Shown: positions 1 to 6,922 of the stretch, piece by piece
Layout: every line of letters begins with the position of its first letter
Numbering within the stretch: the stretch's first letter is position 1
Source of the DNA: Symploca sp. SIO2E9
GTDB taxonomy: Bacteria; Cyanobacteriota; Cyanobacteriia; Cyanobacteriales; Coleofasciculaceae
DNA: 32,000 bases
NCBI GenBank assembly: GCA_010692645.1
Contig: JAAHGS010000030.1
Span: forward strand, 15,553-47,552
Direction: 5' to 3'
The notes under the pieces: model-generated
Database searches by the model: none
Seen by the model: the letters and a program-made list of their open reading frames with translations, nothing else
Told to the model about the DNA's origin: nothing
Program-made: the position numbers and the translations under genes

Positions 1-828
1 AGCTTGAGTATATTTTTGGGCAAGCTTTCCCTTCTGCTGTGTTAGATTTGCCGTTAAGTGCCCGCACAAATTATTTACGTACTCTTCAATTTCAGTGGTA
101 TCTCCATCCGGCATTAAGGGCAAATTTTTTCGCCATATCTCCTGCCACTGTATTTCCTCTACTAGCCACTCTAGCCAGTCTCTACCTTTAAAGCAGTGGA
201 TACCCAGGGTCAAATGTAGTGAGGGTTGATCTTGGGCAATAGCATAGTGCCAATGTCCACGGGGAATGTAGAGTACATCTCCTGGATTAAGAATACACTG
301 GATGTAAGGTTCCCCCTCCGGTTGCTTCTGATGATGGAATTCTTCCTCCCGAAGAGGATATTTCAGTGTATCCTCAAAAACAAACCACTCCTTTTGTCCC
401 TCAATCTGAAGAATAAAGACTTCGTGGGTGTCGTAGTGGCAGTCAAACCCTTGCTGGGAAGGCCAGGAACAGTAGGTATTAAAATGAGCTTTACGATGAC
501 CGATTTCCTGCTGTAACGCCCAGATTAACTCAGCCAGCACCGCAACCCTTTCGTTAATTCGACTCAGGACTAAGCTCGCCCCTTGTTTGCAGTGCTTGAT
601 CCATTCTTGAGGATCAGAGGATGGTAAAATTTTGCCATTCAAGGCAAAACGTAGTTCTGGGTTACGAGGCTTGTGAAAGTTGAGTATATTATTAAGTTGT
701 TCCCAGGAAAACAGGTGCCTGAACTTATCAGGCGCTTCCGCAGGGATAAAAACCCCACGCTGAGTCCAGTTCTCAGATAAAAACTGATCAATTGAGTAAG
801 GGTGTAGGATACTTGCTAGGGTTTGCAT
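1..828 (-). CDS. JmjC / cupin-4 family Fe(II)/2-oxoglutarate oxygenase-like protein; the C-terminus runs off the window edge
   Basis: This ORF is absent from the supplied track because it has no stop inside the window. The ATG is at 828..826. I checked all 276 codons down to position 1 and found no stop. The translation begins MQTLASILHPYSIDQFLSENWTQRGVF. It carries an HxD motif in FDCHYDTHEVFILQIEGQKEW and a distal His in GDVLYIPRGHWHYA, which together form the double-stranded beta-helix facial-triad signature. The track ORF at 226..516 (+) is antisense to it. Confidence 0.8.
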   Translation of the reverse strand, partial: MQTLASILHPYSIDQFLSENWTQRGVFIPAEAPDKFRHLFSWEQLNNILNFHKPRNPELRFALNGKILPSSDPQEWIKHCKQGASLVLSRINERVAVLAELIWALQQEIGHRKAHFNTYCSWPSQQGFDCHYDTHEVFILQIEGQKEWFVFEDTLKYPLREEEFHHQKQPEGEPYIQCILNPGDVLYIPRGHWHYAIAQDQPSLHLTLGIHCFKGRDWLEWLVEEIQWQEIWRKNLPLMPDGDTTEIEEYVNNLCGHLTANLTQQKGKLAQKYTQA

Positions 829-885
829 AAGTAAATATACATAACTAAGCAGAAACTAGAATTTTTTATTAAATTTTTTGATGAA

Positions 886-916
886 AACCTGCTTAATTTA
901 TACAATTAAGCAGGTT
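886..916 (-). terminator. Perfect 13-bp stem / 5-nt loop hairpin between the peptide gene and the cupin gene; candidate intrinsic terminator or attenuator
   Basis: aacctgcttaatt (886-898) pairs with aattaagcaggtt (904-916). On the minus strand the stem is followed by TTTTCATC. A second hairpin, ttaaaagttgc/gcaacttttaa, lies at 947-978, directly after the peptide stop codon. Confidence 0.5.
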
Positions 917-990
917 CAGGAATTTATCGTCTTGGCAAAGACTCTCTTAAAAGTTGCTCGGGTTGGGGCAACTTTTAATTCTAAGAGTTA

Positions 991-1311
991 TTAACCAACA
1001 GCACCGGTAGCAACTACGCTAGCTTCAGCAAGACCATCGGTTACGGTAACAGCGAAGTCGATTTCAGCAAAAGAGTCGTTGCCAATAGCGGTAACATCAC
1101 CAATTACTTGAGCAAAGTTGCCGGTGATGTCTACAGTGCTATCTAAGTTGACATCAATATCTTTGTCAATGTCGACGTCTACATTAGCATCGAAGTTGAG
1201 GTCAACGTCAACTTCAATGTCAACATCCTTGGTAACGTTAACACCACCATAACCACCAACAACATTGGACTCTTCAACAACTTCGAGATAGCTTAGGTCA
1301 GAAATAATCAT
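991..1311 (-). CDS. Double-glycine-leader secreted peptide precursor (bacteriocin-like) with an Asp/Val-rich repetitive core
   Basis: The track ORF 991..1356 begins at a TTG. The first ATG (1311..1309) gives MIISDLSYLEVVEESNVVGG|YGGVNVTKDVDIEVDVDLNFDANVDVDIDKDIDVNLDSTVDITGNF... The N-terminal 20 aa fit the double-glycine leader pattern (DLSxLE...VVGG). The 86-aa core is very acidic, has alternating hydrophobic/Asp residues and contains no Cys. The stop is TAA at 993..991. A C39-peptidase ABC exporter and a HlyD gene lie in the same window. Confidence 0.75.
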   Translation of the reverse strand: MIISDLSYLEVVEESNVVGGYGGVNVTKDVDIEVDVDLNFDANVDVDIDKDIDVNLDSTVDITGNFAQVIGDVTAIGNDSFAEIDFAVTVTDGLAEASVVATGAVG

Positions 1312-1400
1312 TGTTTTTTCCCTTTTTGTTTTATGTTGTGCTTGAAGCAAGCTCAACTTTGTTTGTACATGTTTAATATAGCTAGTATTTCCAGAGTATG

Positions 1401-1416
1401 GTTGCCATTTTGGCAG
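1401..1416. promoter_or_regulatory. Candidate operator: 16-nt dyad GTTGCCATTTTGGCAG (TGCCA-N3-TGGCA), copy 1
   Basis: The dyad lies about 90 nt upstream of the peptide ATG (1311) in the gene's sense direction. A 15/16-identical copy occurs at 1615-1630. Confidence 0.35.
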
Positions 1417-1614
1417 GTTTATCTAAAAAAAAATAGAGGCTATTAGATTAGGGCTTTTCAGCTTTATTGAAGTGATTAAGAACTGTTGAATCATTAAAAA
1501 TGAGTGATATTAATTGAAAATATGGCCTTTGACAATACTAATTATCTAATGCATATAAATTGTTACAATCTGCAAAAACAAGAGTTGTCTAAGTAACATA
1601 ATATTGAACACAAT

Positions 1615-1630
1615 GTTGCCATATTGGCAG
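1615..1630. promoter_or_regulatory. Candidate operator: 16-nt dyad GTTGCCATATTGGCAG, copy 2
   Basis: It carries the same TGCCA-N3-TGGCA palindrome as 1401-1416, 214 bp further upstream of the peptide gene. Confidence 0.3.
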
Positions 1631-1789
1631 AATTTATAATTGAATTCAAATCTGTTTGAATGCACTTAATTTTAGTGATGCTGGCTCTGTTAAGGAGAGT
1701 TTATAAGGTAAATCTTGAGGTATTTCGAGTATTGAATATTAGTGTATTAAAATTGATAAATTTAAACCAATTTCTAAGTAGGTTGGGTT

Positions 1790-1841
1790 GAGGCAACGAA
1801 ACCCAACATATATATGAGGCAACGAAACCCAACATATATAA
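1790..1841. repeat. Tandem duplication, 2 x 26 bp (gaggcaacgaaacccaacatatata-)
   Basis: 1790-1815 and 1816-1841 are identical except for the last base. Confidence 0.85.
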
Positions 1842-1851
1842 TCGTCAGAGT

Positions 1852-1948
1852 GGGAGCATCTAACCTTTGTAAATCATCGATCTGGATAATAGTATATTAG
1901 GGGTTACAGCCCCCATTATTGGTATTTGTGCAAAACTGAGATGCTCCC
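1852..1948. mobile_element. 97-bp MITE-like insertion nested inside the 1777-1986 element
   Basis: The 10-bp terminal inverted repeats are gggagcatct (1852-1861) and agatgctccc (1939-1948). The element is flanked by the direct repeat gtcagag (1844-1850 and 1949-1955), with one extra t at 1851. Confidence 0.55.
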
Positions 1949-2026
1949 GTCAGAGTTGGGTTTCACTTTGTTCTACCCAACCTACTGTTATTAAGGTTAA
2001 ATAAATGAAATCGGTATTATTTGTCT

Positions 2027-2044
2027 AAGTGCGTAAGTCCTAAA
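2027..2044 (+). repeat. 18-bp direct repeat aagtgcgtaagtcctaaa, copy 1
   Basis: An identical 18-mer recurs at 2883-2900. The two copies bracket an 838-bp ORF-free stretch filled with MITE copies. Confidence 0.8.
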
Positions 2045-2337
2045 ACTCTCTCTTAATAGACATATAGAAGCCCCGACTAAACCTAGGTTGAGCCGGGGTA
2101 GTTTACATTACTTAGGGTTTGCTGAATAAGTCTGGTGGTAAGGAGAGGGAGCTCTTAGCAGGGAGTAGGGAAAAGCCGATAGTTCTAAGCCTGATTATCC
2201 ATGATTAGCTCCGAGATTTTCCTATTAAGTGCAATGATTTTTAGCCATTGGATGCTATAACCAAGCACTTGTAAGGGTCAAAAAAGTCTCAAAATCATTG
2301 TCTGGTATACCTTCTAGATTAATTCACCAAGCCCTAC

Positions 2338-2433
2338 TTATCGAAATTAATTTGGGTTAAATACCCCACCGTCTATACGGTGCATAAAATTGGTTGGGTT
2401 CAAATCCCCATCCAATTTGTCCCCGCGTCTTTA
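2338..2433 (-). mobile_element. Family-B MITE, short copy with one 8-mer unit, flanked by TTA/TTA (TAA on the other strand)
   Basis: The reverse complement of 2341-2430 aligns almost base-for-base with 29033-29147. Both share aaagacgcggggac...aaattggatggggatttga.cccaaccaattttatgcaccg...gacggtggggtatttaacccaaattaatttcga. This copy has a single gacgcggg unit where the other has four. Confidence 0.8.
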
Positions 2434-2754
2434 ATCTTTGTATTCTGGGGATTAACTGGTTAATTTGACATACTCCCCGCGCTAAAGCGACGGGGATTCT
2501 TTACGCTTCGTTGGGTTGTGCTACTGAGGTAGTCTGACCATTCCTCCACGTCCCTTTAAAGTCTCCCAATGCCCTATGGCGACTATCTCCTAATTATACC
2601 AGGATTTTTGGCAAAGCAGTCCTAGAAGGACGGGGCTTGAATCCCAGATTTTGGTCAGTACTTACGCAGTTGAGTTGATTTCGCCCCCCTAGCCCCCCAA
2701 CTCTGGGGGGAATTAGCAGATGCTTCGCTTTTTTACAGATGGGGATTTAGAGGG

Positions 2755-2872
2755 GGGTGAACGAAATTTTGCGTGGGATTTGAATTCTCCGCGTCTGGGC
2801 GTCTGGGCGTCTGGGCGTCTGGGCGTCTGGGCGTCTGCTTACTCCTTGCCCCACGCCTTTTTTCACTCACCC
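2755..2872 (+). mobile_element. Family-A MITE copy 1 (118 bp) with a perfect 9-bp target-site duplication
   Basis: The termini are GGGTGAACGAAA... and ...TTTCACTCACCC (inverted repeats). The flanks are identical: tttagaggg at 2746-2754 and 2873-2881. The core carries gcgtctgg x5 plus a partial unit (2791-2837). Confidence 0.85.
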
Positions 2873-2882
2873 TTTAGAGGGC

Positions 2883-2900
2883 AAGTGCGTAAGTCCTAAA
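2883..2900 (+). repeat. 18-bp direct repeat aagtgcgtaagtcctaaa, copy 2
   Basis: Identical to 2027-2044. Confidence 0.8.
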
Positions 2901-2902
2901 TG

Positions 2903-3649
2903 TTAACCTATAACTGGTAACATTTCAGGATGAATAGCGATCGCATGCCCAACATGCCAGCGAATATTAGGATAGGCTGCTTCTAGGGGGGTGATTTCAT
3001 ATCCTAGAGCTCTCAGAAAAGAAGCAATCTCCTCACTTTTGCGTTTGAAAGCCAAGCCATTGCCATCATCTACCTCATAAATGATGATTGGTTTAAATTC
3101 ATTCAGGGTTTGGACCATTCCCCTTAAAACCTCAATTTCTGCACCTTCAACATCAACTTTTACAAATGTTGGTGGTAGTAAAGTCTTCTGTAAGACTAAA
3201 TCATCAATACAGACGAGATCAACTGTCATTTCTCCCTTCAAATCAGGAGGTGTACCAGCAGTAGAGAGAGTAGCTCCTCCATGATGATGTGCTAGCAACA
3301 GCTCTCCACTTCCTGTGGTGTGGGAAACTGCTTTTTCCAGCAAGGTTACATTTGAGAACTCATTTAGTTTGACATTCTCTGAAATCCTAGCAGCGTTCTC
3401 TGGAACCGGCTCAAAAGCATAGACCTGTCCTGAAGCTCCAACTAGCTTAGCAGCAATTACAGTAAAGAAGCCAATATTAGCACCAATATCGTAGAAGATT
3501 CCCTCAGGTTTTAAGTAGCGTTGTAAAGCTTTCTGAAGCGGAAGTTCATAAGTACCTACTTTACAATCACGATTAGACTTATCAGCTTTGAACTTTAGTC
3601 CTGCACCTACTCCCTGACTAAGAGTAACATCTTGATTTTGGAAAACCAT
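2903..3649 (-). CDS. FkbM-family SAM-dependent methyltransferase
   Basis: A 248-aa ORF with an ATG start. It carries the motifs FYDIGANIGFFTV, VYAFEPVPENAARISENVKLN and FVKVDVEGAEIEVLRG, which are typical of FkbM-type methyltransferases. Confidence 0.85.
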   Translation of the reverse strand: MVFQNQDVTLSQGVGAGLKFKADKSNRDCKVGTYELPLQKALQRYLKPEGIFYDIGANIGFFTVIAAKLVGASGQVYAFEPVPENAARISENVKLNEFSNVTLLEKAVSHTTGSGELLLAHHHGGATLSTAGTPPDLKGEMTVDLVCIDDLVLQKTLLPPTFVKVDVEGAEIEVLRGMVQTLNEFKPIIIYEVDDGNGLAFKRKSEEIASFLRALGYEITPLEAAYPNIRWHVGHAIAIHPEMLPVIG

Positions 3650-3653
3650 GTTC

Positions 3654-5786
3654 TTATACCTTTGCTACCAAGTTTTTTAATACGCTACCTGTATCATTGC
3701 CCCATTCCCAATTAGCCACAATACCAACACGGTTAATAGAAAGAGGCACGGCATCTGGATAAACGTCTGTAAGGGCACGATATAGTACTGGCTCATCGTT
3801 GATGAAGGTAGTGTAATTCATGCCATCAAAGACTGTACGGAGCTTGTGAGCAACACCCCAATAAACCCGCTCACCCACATTCGTCCAAACAGCGTCGTAT
3901 AATTCCTCAAAGCCATTGAGATAGAAAAACGATGAAATTGAGGCACCACCGTAACAGTCATCTAACCAGTTGTTGATCATGATATAGTTGTTGGCATCTT
4001 GCCAAAACACCAGCCCGCTACGACCTTTTTCTCTCTGCCCTCGCCTAGTTCCAGGGGGTATAATCTCTATCTGTAGATCTACAAAGTTAGGGTTATCCCA
4101 GTCAACAGTGTAGGCAGTACGACCAGGATTAGGATTTTTGGCATTAGCTTGGACTTTAGCAGCACTGTTGCCAGTTAGCTCAATCACCCCTACTCCCATT
4201 TGCTTGTGCCAAGACTTTCCACCGATAGTTGTGGTTTTTCCGAGCAATTCTCCAGTTGAACCAGCAAAATCCTCGCTAATCACCACTTGCTTACCTTCCA
4301 CCATCCAGGGAGAACCTAGTTTAAGATTAGAGGGGATAGGAATGCTGCGTGGATGAGCCTCGAAGCAGCGAAAATACAAATTACTGTTAGCCTTAATCGC
4401 ACCAATACCAACGCCTGTAGCATTTTGCAGACGGTTATCAGTAAAACGCTTATTAAACAGCAATTTAGCATTTAGGTACAGACTGAAGCTCTCACCGTCA
4501 TCCAATATCTGTAAGGAGTTGATTGCTGAGGGCTGTAGATACCACAAATTACTAGCTGCTAAAATTTCCCACTTACCATTATCCAGAATCTGAAGCTTAC
4601 ACTGTTCCCCATCTGCCAGAATACTCCAGAAGTGGTTCTGATCCTGAAAACGCCAGAGAATGCGGGCACCAGTCACCTTCGCAGATGTTTCAATCAACAG
4701 ATGAACAAATCCAGAAGCTGTAGTACTCTCCAACACAGCTAGACTATCCATTTCCGTCGCTTGAGCACCATTAGCTGTTAATTGATAACTTCCTTGGTAT
4801 ACATTCCAGCAGCCACCCTTATCAGCTTGGGCACCATCAAGCAAACCATCGCCCATCAGGTTATCTGCTACATCTGCCGTGCCATACCAAGTCCCAATTT
4901 CTGGAATTTGCGCCACCTGAGTACCATAAACACGTGTATCAACTCGAAAACCACACTGTCCTAGAATACTTTGGTATAAGCCGGCGTAAACCGTAGCCTC
5001 CTCATTGAAGGGGTCGATCGCAATCAGGCGCATGTTAGGATAAGCCACGAGACCATGGGCATTAGGAACAGAAGCGGCATAGTAGGCTGCTCCCTTCTCC
5101 CGCAGAACTACGATGTAATAAAGCTGAATATTTTGTAAGCCTTTAAATGCTGAAAGCAGATGTTCTCCTACATTAGCCCACAACTCTCCATTTTCTGAGC
5201 CAGTAGCATGAACAATAAAGGAATTTCCCTCTACCAGTGGGTTATTAGGAACTTCTTGAGGAAACCAACCCACTGCCAGGTTTTCATCGATAGATGGCAA
5301 ATTAAATGGTTTGATGTATTTTGAGATTTTGGAAGTACTACGAATCCACCACAGGAATCGTCGCAGCATCCATCTTTTGTGTTTACTAGAAGCCCAACGT
5401 AGAAGACGCTCAGCTGGTTTATCCACCTCAGGACCAACTACCCAGCGATTGAGTCGCCCCTTGAGGGACTCAATCCTTTCCATCTGGGAGGTATTATGAC
5501 CATTGAGAAGAAACACTGCAAAGGCTAGCCCGTTGGTGCGAGTGTAGGGACCATAGGCAATACCTTGTCTTCCCCAAGCAGGTTTTAAAAGAGGCTGTAG
5601 ACGCAGTGCACCATTGTCAACAGCGATTTGCTTTTCTACGTCAACGCCCTTACGGATTTGGCCCCCCGGAGTTTTAGTGCCAATCGTCTTGCCAGCAGCA
5701 CGGTTGTCTGAGAATGAGTCGGTTAAAGGTTTTGTAATTGTTTTTATTTGTTCGGTATATTTTGGTGGTAGCTGCTGAGTTTTCAT
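3654..5786 (-). CDS. Conserved-looking hypothetical protein (710 aa), function unknown; possibly built from beta-sandwich (ConA/LamG-like) modules
   Basis: A long clean ORF with an ATG start. It ends 4 nt upstream of the FkbM gene, which suggests an operon. I can name no catalytic motif. The W/G/N/Y-rich segments (RILWRFQDQNHFWSILADGEQCKLQILDNGKWE; GLVFWQDANNYIMINNW) are only weakly suggestive of lectin-like jelly rolls. Confidence 0.7.
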   Translation of the reverse strand: MKTQQLPPKYTEQIKTITKPLTDSFSDNRAAGKTIGTKTPGGQIRKGVDVEKQIAVDNGALRLQPLLKPAWGRQGIAYGPYTRTNGLAFAVFLLNGHNTSQMERIESLKGRLNRWVVGPEVDKPAERLLRWASSKHKRWMLRRFLWWIRSTSKISKYIKPFNLPSIDENLAVGWFPQEVPNNPLVEGNSFIVHATGSENGELWANVGEHLLSAFKGLQNIQLYYIVVLREKGAAYYAASVPNAHGLVAYPNMRLIAIDPFNEEATVYAGLYQSILGQCGFRVDTRVYGTQVAQIPEIGTWYGTADVADNLMGDGLLDGAQADKGGCWNVYQGSYQLTANGAQATEMDSLAVLESTTASGFVHLLIETSAKVTGARILWRFQDQNHFWSILADGEQCKLQILDNGKWEILAASNLWYLQPSAINSLQILDDGESFSLYLNAKLLFNKRFTDNRLQNATGVGIGAIKANSNLYFRCFEAHPRSIPIPSNLKLGSPWMVEGKQVVISEDFAGSTGELLGKTTTIGGKSWHKQMGVGVIELTGNSAAKVQANAKNPNPGRTAYTVDWDNPNFVDLQIEIIPPGTRRGQREKGRSGLVFWQDANNYIMINNWLDDCYGGASISSFFYLNGFEELYDAVWTNVGERVYWGVAHKLRTVFDGMNYTTFINDEPVLYRALTDVYPDAVPLSINRVGIVANWEWGNDTGSVLKNLVAKV

Positions 5787-5819
5787 ATATTAAATCTCTA
5801 TAATTATTATGAAACGCTA

Positions 5820-5921
5820 TATAGCAATTCTCTTTCTTAGTGAGATACGCTTCATCTTCTTACCTGTTCCCTGTTCCCTAAAGCCCAAGGAGTGTACCTG
5901 ATCAATTTGAGAAACCCTATA
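5820..5921. mobile_element. Family-C MITE copy 1 (TATAGC...CTATA termini, CCTGTTC heptamer core)
   Basis: The sequence is tatagcaattctc...gagatacgc...cctgttccctgttccctaaagcccaag...caatttgagaaaccctata. It aligns with 30929-31044. Its right terminus contains the stop codon (5919..5917) of the PIG-L gene. Confidence 0.6.
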
Positions 5922-6738
5922 CTTTAATCTTATATCGATAGAAAATTTCTGTTTCTTGAAAAAAACATTTTAAAAACTCACCATTCGACACATCACCCAA
6001 TGTCAGCCAACGTGAATTATTCATCAGCCTGATCATCTGAGATTTGTGTTGGTCTAGGGCACTACGTTTAAGCTCTAAAATATCTCCTACATAGACAGAA
6101 CATCTGAAATCATTTAGGAACCTTAATCCTGAATTTAAACTCTTTTGTAAAAATGTTAATAATTTTTTGCGGTCACCTCCGCAATCTGTCCAAGGCCACT
6201 GATTCCAGAACCATATAGGATACTCATAAACAGTTGTATTGAGACCAGATTTCTTTAGTGCAGATACTACAATTTTATTAGTAGCATTATGGTCTGATAT
6301 GCCATCTTGATAGTAAGGAATAAAGATTTCTTCAGGTAGGAAATTAAGAATAATTTGTATAACTCTCTGGATAGTCTGATTCTGATTGTTAGCTAGGGTT
6401 CCATCTTTGACTTCAAGAAATATAACATCACTTGCTTCGACTCCCAGTTTTTGAGCTGCAGCCAAAGCTTCATGAGCGCGTATAGCCTTTAACTTATTTG
6501 CTGGAATCAGATGGGAGTGAGAAGTAGAGCCATCAGTCATAAAAACAATTTTTAAATCCGCTCCAGCTTGCTTTTTACGGATAATTGTTCCTCCACAACC
6601 AAGAGTTTCATCATCCTGATGTGGTGAAAAAACAAGCGTTGAGCGCTCCAGATTATTCTTCTCATATTCAATCATCGTGTTATCCCTTAAGGATCGATAC
6701 AACCACCGCCCCGGAGTTTTTAAGGAGAATTCACTCAT
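5917..6738 (-). CDS. PIG-L / LmbE-family N-acetylglucosaminyl deacetylase
   Basis: A 273-aa ORF with an ATG start. The diagnostic motif is LVFSPHQDDETLGCGGTI, followed by MTDGSTSH. A shorter start at MIEYEK is also possible. Confidence 0.85.
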   Translation of the reverse strand: MSEFSLKTPGRWLYRSLRDNTMIEYEKNNLERSTLVFSPHQDDETLGCGGTIIRKKQAGADLKIVFMTDGSTSHSHLIPANKLKAIRAHEALAAAQKLGVEASDVIFLEVKDGTLANNQNQTIQRVIQIILNFLPEEIFIPYYQDGISDHNATNKIVVSALKKSGLNTTVYEYPIWFWNQWPWTDCGGDRKKLLTFLQKSLNSGLRFLNDFRCSVYVGDILELKRSALDQHKSQMIRLMNNSRWLTLGDVSNGEFLKCFFQETEIFYRYKIKV

Positions 6739-6850
6739 AACTTTAGCATAACTTTAGTTTTTTTGTAATTAGAGTTATTCATAGTTAATAGTTCATAGGA
6801 AAGCTCCTTTAAATCATTCTTTCCTTTCCATGTATGATCTAAACAGCCCT

Positions 6851-6922
6851 ATGAACTATGTTTGCGCAGCATGCGCGGAGCGCCTACCATGAACTACCAA
6901 CCATGAACTATGAACCATGAAC
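6851..6922. repeat. Cluster of ATGAAC short repeats overlapping the 3' end of the TPR-GT4 gene
   Basis: ATGAAC occurs at 6851, 6889, 6903, 6910 and 6917. The last codons of the gene (KSVHGS*) are encoded by the repeat. Confidence 0.7.

Larger units (their letters stand above)
1777..1986. mobile_element. MITE-like element with 12-bp terminal inverted repeats AGTAGGTTGGGT, carrying an internal duplication and a nested insertion
   Basis: agtaggttgggt at 1777-1788 is the exact reverse complement of acccaacctact at 1975-1986. The internal stems gttgggtt/aacccaac recur within the element. Confidence 0.55.

Noticed and set aside
226-516. 96-aa plus-strand ORF from the supplied track
   Set aside because: It lies fully antisense inside the well-supported cupin/JmjC reading frame (1-828, minus strand). 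It starts at a non-ATG codon and has no recognisable motif.
2385-2415. tRNA T-arm-like motif GGGTTCAAATCCCCA inside family-B MITEs (also 29075-29090), considered as a tRNA or tRNA-derived gene
   Set aside because: No acceptor, D or anticodon arms can be built around it, and the stem is imperfect. At most it hints at a tRNA-derived origin of the element.
2791-2837. Tandem 8-mer arrays (also at 23066-23107, 25073-25104 and 29034-65) considered as CRISPR-like or regulatory arrays
   Set aside because: The units are contiguous with no spacers, only 7-8 nt long, and embedded in MITEs with terminal inverted repeats and target duplications. They are micro-satellite cores, not CRISPR arrays.
3081-5499. 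Short track ORFs nested in or antisense to the FkbM and 710-aa genes (3081-3284, 4138-4356, 4782-4964, 5231-5437, 5311-5499)
   Set aside because: All overlap much longer ORFs with clear or plausible coding character. None has a motif. They are typical shadow ORFs.
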